Source: Leptogorgia sarmentosa (Eukaryota). From it: 64,000 bases of DNA. The stretch spans positions 2,418,001 through 2,482,000 of the forward strand of contig OZ210884.1 of assembly GCA_964658305.1 (NCBI GenBank), in the 5' to 3' direction. A program made the translations under genes and the position numbers. A model generated the notes under the pieces. That model saw nothing but the letters and a program-made list of their open reading frames with translations, was not told where the DNA came from and did not search any database. Shown piece by piece: positions 1 through 12,500 of the stretch; the stretch's first letter is position 1, and each line of letters begins with the position of its first letter.

Positions 1-2219
1 TGCCCTTGCTCGTATTTTTATCACAGGTTTACGAAATTTTCGCTGCACATTGCTCTTTGCATGGTGAATACGCATGGTAAATTTGGTGGCGACACCATTC
101 AAAATTGAAGCCACAGAAGCAATCAAGTCCCTTCACCTGGTATGGTATATTTGCTATTGCTCCTGTTGAGATTCCTTTGAAACAACGGGCTACCCATCAT
201 CATGCCCTTGCTCGTATTTTTTCACAGGTTTACGAAATTTTCGCTGCACATTGCTCTTTGCATGGTGAATACACATGGTAAATTTGGTGGCGACACCATT
301 CAAAATTGAAGCCACAGAAGCAATCAAGTCCCTTCACCTGGTATGGTATATTTGCTATTGCTATTGCTCCTGTTGAGATTCCTTTGAAACAACGGGCTAT
401 CCATCATCATGCCCTGGCTCGTATTTTTATCACAGGTTTACGAAATTTTCGCTGCGCATTGCCCTTGGCATGGTGAATACGCATGGTAAATTTGGTGGCG
501 ACACCATTCAAAATGGAAGCCACAGAAGCAGTCAAGTCCCTTCACCTGGTATGGTATATTTGCTATTGCTCCTTTTGAGATTCCTTTGAAACAACGGGCT
601 GCCCATCATCATGGCCTTGCTCGTATTTTTATGACAGGTTTACGAAATTTACGCTGCACATTGCTCTTGGCATGGTGAATACGCATGGTAAATTTGGTGG
701 CGACACCATTCAAAATGGAAGCCACAGAAGCAATCAAGTCCCTTCTCCTGCTATGGTATATTTGCTATTGCTCCTGTTGAGATTCCTTTGAAACAAGGGG
801 CTACCCATCATCATGCCCTTGCTCGTATTTTTATCACAGGTTTACGAAATTTTCGCTGCACATTGCTCTTTGCATGGTGAATACGCATGGTAAATTTGGT
901 GGCGACACCATTCAAAATTGAAGCCACAGAAGCAATCAATTCCCTTCACCTGGTATGGTATATTTGCTATTGCTCCTGTTGAGATTCCTTTGAAGCAACG
1001 GGCTACCCATCATCATGCCCTTGCTCGTATTTTTATCACAGGTTTATGAAATTTTCGCTGCGCATTGCTCTTGGCATGGTGAATACGCATGGTAAATTTG
1101 GTGGCGACACCATTCAAAATGGAAGCCACAGAGGCAGTCAAGTCCCTTCACCTGGTATGGTATATTTGCTATTGCTCCTGTTGAGATTCCTTTGAAACAA
1201 CGGGCTACCCATCATCATGCCCTTGCTCGTATTTTTATCACAGGTTTACGAAATTTTCGCTGCACATTGCTCTTGGCATGGCGAGTACGCATGGTAAATT
1301 TGGTGGCGACACCATTCAAAATGGAAGCCACAGAAGCAATCAAGTCCCTTCACCTGGTATGGTATATTTGCTATTGCTATTGCTCCTGTTGAGATTCCTT
1401 TGAAACAACGGGCTACCCATCATCCTTGCCTTGCTCGTATTTTTATCAAAGGTTTACGAAATTTTTGCTACACATTGCTCTTGGCATGGCGAATACGCAT
1501 GGTAAATTTGGTAGCGACACCATTCAAAATGGAAGCCAAAGAAGCAATCAAGTCCCTTCACCTGGTATGGTATATTTGCTATTGCTATTGCTCCTGTTGA
1601 GATTCCTTTGAAACAACGGGCTACCCATCATCCTTGCCTTGCTCGTATTTTTATCAAAGGTTTACGAAATTTTTGCTACACATTGCTCTTGGCATGGCGA
1701 ATACGCATGGTAAATTTGGTGGCGACACCATTCAAAATGGAAGCCACAGAAGCAATCAAGTCCCTTCACCTGGTATGGTATATTTGCTATTGCTCGTGTT
1801 GAGATTCCTTTGAAACAACGGGCTACCCATCATCATGCCCTTGCTCGTATTTTTATCACAGGTTTACAAAATTTTTGCTGCACATTGCTCTTGGCATGGT
1901 GAATACGCATGGTAAATTTGGTGGCGACACCATTCAAAATGGAAGCCACAGAAGCAATCAAGTCCCTTTACCTGGTATGGTATATTTGCTATTGCTCCTG
2001 TTTGGATTCCTTTGAAACAACGGGCTACCCATCATCATGCCCTTGCTCGTATTTTTATCACAGGTTTACGAAATTTTTGCTGCACATTGCTCTTGGCATG
2101 GTGAATACGCATGGTAAATTTGGTGGCGACACCATTCAAAATGGAAGCCACAGAAGCAATCAAGTCCCTTCACCTGGTATGGTATATTTGCTATTGCTAT
2201 TGCTCCTGTTGAGATTCCT

Positions 2220-3458
2220 TTGAAACAACGGGCTACCCATCATCATGCCCTTGCTCGTATTTTTATCACAGGTTTACGAAATTTTCGCTGCACATTGCTC
2301 TTGGCGATGGTGAATACGCATGGTAAATTTGGTGGCGACACCAAAATGGAAGCCACAGAAGCAATCAAGTCCCTTCACCTGGTATGGTATATTTGCTATT
2401 GCTATTGCTCCTGTTGAGATTTCTATGAAACAACGGGCTACCCATCATCATGCCCTTGCTCGTATTTTTATCACAGGTTTACGAAATTTTCGCTACACAT
2501 TGCTCTTGGCATGGTGAATACGCATGGTAAATTTGGTGGCGACACCATTCAAAATGGAAGCCACAGAAGCAATCAAGTCCCTTCACCTGGTATGGTATAT
2601 TTGCTATTGCTATTGCTCCTGTTGAGATTCCTTTGAAACAACGGGCTACCCATCATCATGCCCTTGCTCGTATTTTTATCACAGCTTTACGAAATTTTCG
2701 CTGCACATTGCTCTTGGCGATGGTGAATACGCATGGTAAATTTGGTGGCGACACCAAAATGGAAGCCACAGAAGCAATCAAGTCCCTTCACCTGGTATGG
2801 TATATTTGCTATTGCTATTGCTCCTGTTGAGATTTCTTTGAAACAACGGGCTACCCATCATCATGCCCTTGCTCGTATTGTTATCACAGGTTTACGAAAT
2901 TTTCGCTACACATTGCTCTTGGCATGGTGAATACGCATGGTAAATTTGGTGGCGACACCATTCAAAATGGAAGCCACAGAAGCAATCAAGTCCCTTCACC
3001 TGGTATGGTATATTTGCTATTGCTATTGCTCCTGTTATGATTCCTTTGAAACAACGGGCTACCCATCATCATGCCCTTGCTCGTATTTTTATCACAGGTT
3101 TACGAAATTTTCGCTGCACATTGCTCTTGGCGATGGTGAATACGCATGGTAAATTTGGTGGCGACACCAAAATGGAAGCCACAGAAGCAATCAAGTCCCT
3201 TCACCTGGTATGGTATATTTGCTATTGCTATTGCTCCTGTTGAGATTTCTTTGAAACAACGGGCTACCCATCATCATGCCCTTGCTCGTATTTTTATCAC
3301 AGGTTTACGAAATTTTCGCTACACATTGCTCTTGGCATGGTGAATACGCATGGTAAATTTGGTGGCGACACCATTCAAAATGGAAGCCACAGAAGCAATC
3401 AAGTCCCTTCACCTGGTATGGTATATTTGCTATTGCTATTGCTCCTGTTGAGATTCCT
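2220..3458 (+). repeat. Higher-order repeat: dimer of 413 bp (205+208), three copies
   Basis: A monomer with the +G insertion (GGCGATGG) and a 4-bp deletion (GACACCAAAATGG) alternates with a CGCTACAC monomer, joined by a GATTTC variant. Units start at 2220, 2633 and 3046. Confidence 0.92.
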
Positions 3459-3660
3459 TTGAAACAACGGGCTACCCATCATCATGCCCTTGCTCGTATT
3501 TTTATCACAGGTTTACGAAATTTTCGCTGCTAATTGCTCTTGGCATGGTGAATACGCATGGTAAATTTGGTGGCGACACCATTCAAAATGGAAGCCACAG
3601 AAGCAATCAAGTCCCTTCACCTGGTATGGTATATTTGCTATTGCTCCTGTTGAGATTCCT

Positions 3661-6530
3661 TTGAAACAACGGGCTACCCATCATCATGCCCTTGCTCGTA
3701 TTTTTATCACAGGTTTACGAAATTTTTGCTGCACATTGCTCTTGGCATGGCGAGTACGCATGGTAAATTTGGTGGCGACACCATTCAAAATGGAAGCCAC
3801 AGAAGCAATCAAGTCCCTTCACCTGGTATGGTATATTTGCTATTGCTATTGCTCCTGTTGAGATTCCTTTGAAACAACGGGCTACCCATCATCATGCCCT
3901 TGGTCGTGTTTTTATCAAAGGTTTACGAAATTTTCGCTGTACATTGCTCTTGGCATGGTGAATACGCATGTTAAATTTGGTGGCGACACCATTCAAAATG
4001 GAAGCCACAGAAGCAATCAAGTCCCTTCACCTGGTATGGTATGTTTGCTATTGCTATTGGTCCTGTTGAGATTCCTTTGAAACAACGGGCTACCCATCAT
4101 CATGCCCTTGCTCGTATTTTTATCAATGGTTTACGAAATTTTCGCTGCACATTGCTCTTGGCATGGTGAATACGCATGGTAAATTTGGTGGCGACACCAT
4201 TCAAAATGGAAGCCACAGAAGCAATCAAATCCCTTCACCTGGTATGGTATATTTGCTATTGCTATTGCTCCTGTTGAGATTCCTTTGAAACAACGGGCTA
4301 CCCATCATCATGCCCTTGCCCGTATTTTTATCACAGGTTTACGAAATTTTCGCTGCACATTGCTCTTGGCATGGTGAATACGCATGGTAAATTTGGTGGC
4401 GACACCATTCAAAATGGAAGCCACAGAAGCAATCAAGTCCCTTCACCTGGTATGGTATATTTGCTATTGCTCCTGTTGAGATTCCTTTGAAACAACGGGC
4501 TACCCATCATCCTTGCCTTGCTCGTATTTTTATCAAAGGTTTACGAAATTTTTGCTACACATTGCTCTTGGCATGGCGAATACGCATGGTAAATTTGGTG
4601 GCGACACCATTCAAAATGGAAGCCACAGAAGCAATCAAGTCCCTTCACCTGGTATGGTATATTTGCTATTGCTCGTGTTGAGATTCCTTTGAAACAACGG
4701 GCTACCCATCATCATGCCCTTGCTCGTATTTTTATCACAGGTTTACAAAATTTTCGCTGCACATTGCTCTTGGCATGGTGAATACGCATGGTAAATTTGG
4801 TGGCGACACCATTCAAAATGGAAGCCACAGAAGCAATCAAGTCCCTTTACCTGGTATGGTATATTTGCTATTGCTCCTGTTTAGATTCCTTTGAAACAAC
4901 GGGCTACCCATCATCATGCCCTTGCTCGTATTTTTATCACAGGTTTACGAAATTTTTGCTGCGCATTGCTCTTGGCATGGTGAATACGCATGGTAAATTT
5001 GGTGGCGACACCATTCAAAATGGAAGCCACAGAAGCAATCAAGTCCCTTCACCTGGTATGGTATATTTGCTATTGCTCCTGTTGAGATTCCTTTGAAACA
5101 ACGGGCTACCCATCATCATGCCCTTGCTCGTATTTTTATCACAGGTTTACGAAATTTTTGCTGCACATTGCTCTTGGCATGGCGAGTACGCATGGTAAAT
5201 TTGGTGGCGACACCATTCAAAATGGAAGCCACAGAAGCAATCAAGTCCCTTCACCTGGTATGGTATATTTGCTATTGCTATTGCTCCTGTTGAGATTCCT
5301 TTGAAACAACGGGCTACCCATCATCATGCCCTTGGTCGTGTTTTTATCAAAGGTTTACGAAATTTTCGCTGTACATTGCTCTTGGCATGGTGAATACGCA
5401 TGTTAAATTTGGTGGCGACACCATTCAAAATGGAAGCCACAGAAGCAATCAAGTCCCTTCACCTGGTATGGTATGTTTGCTATTGCTATTGGTCCTGTTG
5501 AGATTCCTTTGAAACAACGGGCTACCCATCATCATGCCCTTGCTCGTATTTTTATCAATGGTTTACGAAATTTTCGCTGCACATTGCTCTTGGCATGGTG
5601 AATACGCATGGTAAATTTGGTGGCGACACCATTCAAAATGGAAGCCACAGAAGCAATCAAATCCCTTCACCTGGTATGGTATATTTGCTATTGCTATTGC
5701 TCCTGTTGAGATTCCTTTGAAACAACGGGCTACCCATCATCATGCCCTTGCTCGAATTTTTATCACGGGTTTACGAAATTTTCGTTGCACATTGCTCTTG
5801 GCATGGTGAATACGCATGGTAAATTTGGTGGCGACACCATTCAAAATGGAAGCCACAGAAGCAATCAAGTCCCTTCACCTGGTATGGTATATTTGCTATT
5901 GCTCCTGTTGAGATTCCTTTGAAACAACGGGCTACCCATCATCCTTGCCTTGCTCGTATTTTTATCAAAGGTTTACGAAATTTTTGCTACACATTGCTCT
6001 TGGCATGGCGAATAGGCATGGTAAATTTGGTGGCGACACCATTCAAAATGGAAGCCACAGAAGCAATCAAGTCCCTTCACCTGGTATGGTATATTTGCTA
6101 TTGCTCGTGTTGAGATTCCTTTGAAACAACGGGCTACCCATCATCATGCCCTTGCTCGTATTTTTATCACAGGTTTACAAAATTTTCGCTGCACATTGCT
6201 CTTGGCATGGTGAATACGCATGGTAAATTTGGTGGCGACACCATTCAAAATGGAAGCCACAGAAGCAATCAAGTCCCTTTACCTGGTATGGTATATTTGC
6301 TATTGCTCCTGTTTAGATTCCTTTGAAACAACGGGCTACCCATCATCATGCCCTTGCTCGTATTTTTATCACAGGTTTACGAAATTTTTGCTGCGCATTG
6401 CTCTTGGCATGGTGAATACGCATGGTAAATTTGGTGGCGACACCATTCAAAATGGAAGCCAGAGAAGCAATCAAGTCCCTTCACCTGGTATGGTATATTT
6501 GCTATTGCTATTGCTCCTGTTGAGATTCCT
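3661..6530 (+). repeat. Higher-order repeat: 7-mer of 1432 bp, two copies
   Basis: Variant monomers GGCGAGTACG, CTTGGTCGTG, ATCAATGG, CATCCTTGCC and CCCTTTACC recur in the same order. Offsets 3661/5093, 4487/5919 and 4788/6220 all equal 1432. Confidence 0.9.
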
Positions 6531-9500
6531 TTGAAACAACGGGCTACCCATCATCATGCCCTTGCTCGTATTTTTATCACGGGTTTACGAAATTTTCGTT
6601 GCACATTGCTCTTGGCACGGTGAATACGCATGGTAAATTTGGTGGCGACACCATTCAAAATGGAAGCCACAGAAGCAATCAAGTCCCTTCACCTGGTATG
6701 GTATATTTGCTATTGCTCCTGTTGAGATTCCTTTGAAACAACGGGCTACCCATCATCATGCCCTTGCTCGTATTTTTATCACAGGTTTACGAAATTTTCG
6801 TTGCACATTGCTCTTGGCTTGGTGAATACGCATGGTAAATTTGGTGGCGACACCATTCAAAATGGAAGCCACAGAAGCAATCAAGTCCCTTCACCTGGTA
6901 TGGTATATTTGCTATTGCTCCTGTTGAGATCCCTTTGAAACAACGGGCTACCCATCATCCTTGCCTTGCTCGTATTTTTATCAAAGGTTTACGAAATTTT
7001 TGCTACACATTGCTCTTGGCATGGCGAATACGCATGGTAAATTTGGTGGCGACACCATTCAAAATGGAAGCCACAGAAGCAATCAAGTCCCTTCACCTGG
7101 TATGGTATATTTGCTATTGCTCGTGTTGAGATTCCTTTGAAACAACGGGCTACCCATCATCATGCCCTTGCTCGTATTTTTATCACAGGTTTACAAAATT
7201 TTCGCTGCACATTGCTCTTGGCATGGTGAATACGCATGGTAAATTTGGTGGCGACACCATTCAAAATGGAAGCCACAGAAGCAATCAAGTCCCTTTACCT
7301 GGTATGGTATATTTGCTATTGCTCCTGTTTAGATTCCTTTGAAACAACGGGCTACCCATCATCATGCCCTTGCTCGTATTTTTATCACAGGTTTACGAAA
7401 TTTTTGCTGCACATTGCTCTTGGCATGGTGAATACGCATAGTAAATTTGGTGGCGACACCATTCAAAATGGAAGCCAGAGAAGCAATCAAGTCCCTTCAC
7501 CTGGTATGGTATATTTGCTATTGCTATTGCTCCTGTTGAGATTCCTTTGAAACAACGGGCTACCCATCATCATGCCCTTGCTCGTATTTTTATCACAGGT
7601 TTACGAAATTTTCGCTGCACATTGCTCTTGGCGATGGTGAATACGCATGGTAAATTTGGTGGCGACACCATTCAAAATGGAAGCCACAGAAGCAATCAAG
7701 TCCCTTCACCTGGTATGGTATACTTGCTGTTGCTATTGCTCCTGTTGAGATTCCTTTGAAACAACGGGCTACCCATCATCATGCCCTTGCTCTTATTTTT
7801 ATCACAGGTTTACGAAATTTTCGCTGCACATTGCTCTTGGCATGGTGAATATGCATGGTAAATTTGGTGGCGACACCATTCAAAATGGAAGCCACAGAAG
7901 CAATCAAGTCCCTTCACCTGGTATGGTGTATTTGCTATTGCTCCTGTTGAGATTCCTTTGAAACAACGGGCTACCCATCATCATGCCCTTGCTCGAATTT
8001 TTATCACGGGTTTACGAAATTTTCGTTGCACATTGCTCTTGGCATGGTGAATACGCATGGTAAATTTGGTGGCGACACCATTCAAAATGGAAGCCACAGA
8101 AGCAATCAAGTCCCTTCACCTGGTATGGTATATTTGCTATTGCTCCTGTTGAGATTCCTTTGAAACAACGGGCTACCCATCATCATGCCCTTGCTCGTAT
8201 TTTTATCACAGGTTTACGAAATTTTTGCTGCACATTGCTCTTGGCATGGTGAATACGCATGGTAAATTTGGTGGCGACACCATTCAAAATGGAAGCCACA
8301 GAAGCAATCAAGTCCCTTCACCTGGTATGGTATATTTGCTATTGCTATTGCTCCTGTTGAGATTCCTTTGAAACAACGGGCTACCCATCATCATGCCCTT
8401 GCTCGTATTTTTATCACAGGTTTACGAAATTTTCGTTGCACATTGCTCTTGGCATGGTGAATACGCATGGTAAATTTGGTGGCGACACCATTCAAAATGG
8501 AAGCCACGGAAGCAATCAAGTCCCTTCACCTGGTATGGTATATTTGCTATTGCTATTGCTCCAGTTGAGATTCCTTTGAAACAACGGGCTACCCATCATC
8601 ATGCCCTTGCTCGTATTTTTATCACAGGTTTACGAAATTTTCGCTGCACATTGCTCTTGGCGATGGTGAATACGCATGGTAAATTTGGTGGCGACACCAA
8701 AATGGAAGCCACAGAAGCAATCAAGTCCCTTCACCTGGTATGGTATATTTGCTATTGCTATTGCTCCTGTTGAGATTCCTTTGAAACAACGGGCTACCCA
8801 TCATCATGCCCTTGCTCGTATTTTTATCACAGGTTTACGAAATTTTCGCTGCTAATTGCTCTTGGCATGGTGAATAGGCATGGTAAATTTGGTGGCGACA
8901 CCATTGAAAATGGAAGCCACAGAAGCAATCAAGTCCCTTCACCTGGTATGGTATATTTGCTATTGCTCCTGTTGAGATTCCTTTGAAACAACGGGCTACC
9001 CATCACCATGCCCTTGCTCGTATTTTTATCACAGGTTTACGAAATTTTTGCTGCACATTGCTCTTGGCATGGCGAGTACGCATGGTAAATTTGGTGGCGA
9101 CACCATTCAAAATGGAAGCCACAGAAGCAATCAAGTCCCTTCACCTGGTATGGTATATTTGCTATTGCTATTGCTCCTGTTGAGATTCCTTTGAAACAAC
9201 GGGCTACCCATCATCATGCCCTTGCTCGTATTTTTATCACAGGTTTACGAAATTTTCGTTGCACATTGCTCTTGGCATGGTGAATACGCATGGTAAATTT
9301 GGTGGCGACACCATTCAAAATGGAAGCCACAGAAGCAATCAAGTCCCTTCACCTGGTATGGTATATTTGCTATTGCTATTGCTCCAGTTGAGATTCCTTT
9401 GAAACAACGGGCTACCCATCATCATGCCCTTGCTCGTATTTTTATCACAGGTTTACGAAATTTTCGCTGCACATTGCTCTTGGCGATGGTGAATACGCAT

Positions 9501-12500
9501 GGTAAATTTGGTGGCGACACCAAAATGGAAGCCACAGAAGCAATCAAGTCCCTTCACCTGGTATGGTATATTTGCTATTGCTATTGCTCCTGTTGAGATT
9601 CCTTTGAAACAACGGGCTACCCATCATCATGCCCTTGCTCGTATTTTTATCACAGGTTTACGAAATTTTCGCTGCTAATTGCTCTTGGCATGGTGAATAG
9701 GCATGGTAAATTTGGTGGCGACACCATTCAAAATGGAAGCCACAGAAGCAATCAAGTCCCTTCACCTGGTATGGTATATTTGCTATTGCTCCTGTTGAGA
9801 TTCCTTTGAAACAACGGGCTACCCATCACCATGCCCTTGCTCGTATTTTTATCACAGGTTTACGAAATTTTTGCTGCACATTGCTCTTGGCATGGCGAGT
9901 ACGCATGGTAAATTTGGTGGCGACACCATTCAAAATGGAAGCCACAGAAGCAATCAAATCCCTTCACCTGGTATGGTATATTTGCTATTGCTATTGCTCC
10001 TGTTGAGATTCCTTTGAAACAACGGGCTACCCATCATCATGCCCTTGCCCGTATTTTTATCACAGGTTTACGAAATTTTCGCTGCACATTGCTCTTGGCA
10101 TGGTGAATACGCATGGTAAATTTGGTGGCGACACCATTCAAAATGGAAGCCACAGAAGCAATCAAGTCCCTTCACCTGGTATGGTATATTTGCTATTGCT
10201 CCTGTTTAGATTCCTTTGAAACATCGGGCTACCCATCATCATGCCCTTGCTCGTATTTTTATCACAGGTTTACGAAATTTTTGCTGCACATTGCTCTTGG
10301 CATGGTGAATACGCATGGGAAATTTGGTGGCGACACCATTCAAAATGGAAGCCAGAGAAGCAATCAAGTCCCTTCACCTGGTATGGTATATTTGCTATTG
10401 CTCCTGTTGAGATTCCTTTGAAACAACGGGCTACCCATCATCATGCCCTTGCTCGTATTTTTATCACAGGTTTACGAAATTTTACCTGCACATTGCTCTT
10501 GGCATGGTGAAACCGATTGGTAAATTTGGTGGCGACACCATTCAAAATGGAAGCCACAGAAGCAATCAAGTCCCTTCACCTGGTATGGTATATTTGCTAT
10601 TGCTATTGCTCCTGTTGAGATTCCGTTGAAACAACGGGCTACCCATCATCATGCCCTTGCTCGTATTTTTATCACAGGTTTACGAAATTTTCGCTGCACA
10701 TTGCTCTTGGCGATGGTGAATACGCATGGTAAATTTGGTGGCGACACCATTCAAAATGGAAGCCACAGAAGCAATCAAGTCCCTTCACCTGGTATGGTAT
10801 ATTTGCTATTGCTATTGCTCCTGTTGAGATTCCTTTGAAACAACGGGCTACCCATCATCATGCCCTTGGTCGTGTTTTTATCAAAGGTTTACGAAATTTT
10901 CGCTGTACATTGCTCTTGGCATGGTGAATACGCATGTTAAATTTGGTGGCGACACCATTCAAAATGGAAGCCACAGAAGCAATCAAGTCCCTTCACCTGG
11001 TATGGTATGTTTGCTATTGCTATTGGTCCTGTTGAGATTCCTTTGAAACAACGGGCTACCCATCATCATGCCCTTGCTCGTATTTTTATCAATGGTTTAC
11101 GAAATTTTCGCTGCACATTGCTCTTGGCATGGTGAATACGCATGGTAAATTTGGTGGCGACACCATTCAAAATGGAAGCCACAGAAGCAATCAAGTCCCT
11201 TCACCTGGTATGGTATATTTGCTATTGCTCCTGTTGAGATTCCTTTGAAACAACGGGCTACCCATCATCCTTGCCTTGCTCGTATTTTTATCAAAGGTTT
11301 ACGAAATTTTTGCTACACATTGCTCTTGGCATGGCGAATACGCATGGTAAATTTGGTGGCGACACCATTCAAAATGGAAGCCACAGAAGCAATCAAGTCC
11401 CTTCACCTGGTATGGTATATTTGCTATTGCTCGTGTTGAGATTCCTTTGAAACAACGGGCTACCCATCATCATGCCCTTGCTCGTATTTTTATCACAGGT
11501 TTACAAAATTTTCGCTGCACATTGCTCTTGGCATGGTGAATACGCATGGTAAATTTGGTGGCGACACCATTCAAAATGGAAGCCACAGAAGCAATCAAGT
11601 CCCTTTACCTGGTATGGTATATTTGCTATTGCTCCTGTTTAGATTCCTTTGAAACAACGGGCTACCCATCATCATGCCCTTGCTCGTATTTTTATCACAG
11701 GTTTACGAAATTTTTGCTGCGCATTGCTCTTGGCATGGTGAATACGCATGGTAAATTTGGTGGCGACACCATTCAAAATGGAAGCCAGAGAAGCAATCAA
11801 GTCCCTTCACCTGGTATGGTATATTTGCTATTGCTATTGCTCCTGTTGAGATTCCTTTGAAACAACGGGCTACCCATCATCATGCCCTTGCTCGTATTTT
11901 TATCACGGGTTTACGAAATTTTCGTTGCACATTGCTCTTGGCACGGTGAATACGCATGGTAAATTTGGTGGCGACACCATTCAAAATGGAAGCCACAGAA
12001 GCAATCAAGTCCCTTCACCTGGTATGGTATATTTGCTATTGCTCCTGTTGAGATTCCTTTGAAACAACGGGCTACCCATCATCATGCCCTTGCTCGTATT
12101 TTTATCACAGGTTTACGAAATTTTCGTTGCACATTGCTCTTGGCATGGTGAATACGCATGGTAAATTTGGTGGCGACACCATTCAAAATGGAAGCCACAG
12201 AAGCAATCAAGTCCCTTCACCTGGTATGGTATATTTGCTATTGCTCCTGTTGAGATCCCTTTGAAACAACGGGCTACCCATCATCCTTGCCTTGCTCGTA
12301 TTTTTATCAAAGGTTTACGAAATTTTTGCTACACATTGCTCTTGGCATGGCGAATACGCATGGTAAATTTGGTGGCGACACCATTCAAAATGGAAGCCAC
12401 AGAAGCAATCAAGTCCCTTCACCTGGTATGGTATATTTGCTATTGCTCGTGTTGAGATTCCTTTGAAACAACGGGCTACCCATCATCATGCCCTTGCTCG

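Noticed and set aside
10621..10639. CENP-B-box-like TTCCGTTGAAACAACGGGC
   Set aside because: It does not fit TTCG-N4-A-N2-CGGG in sequence or spacing. The resemblance is superficial and strongest only in a minority variant.
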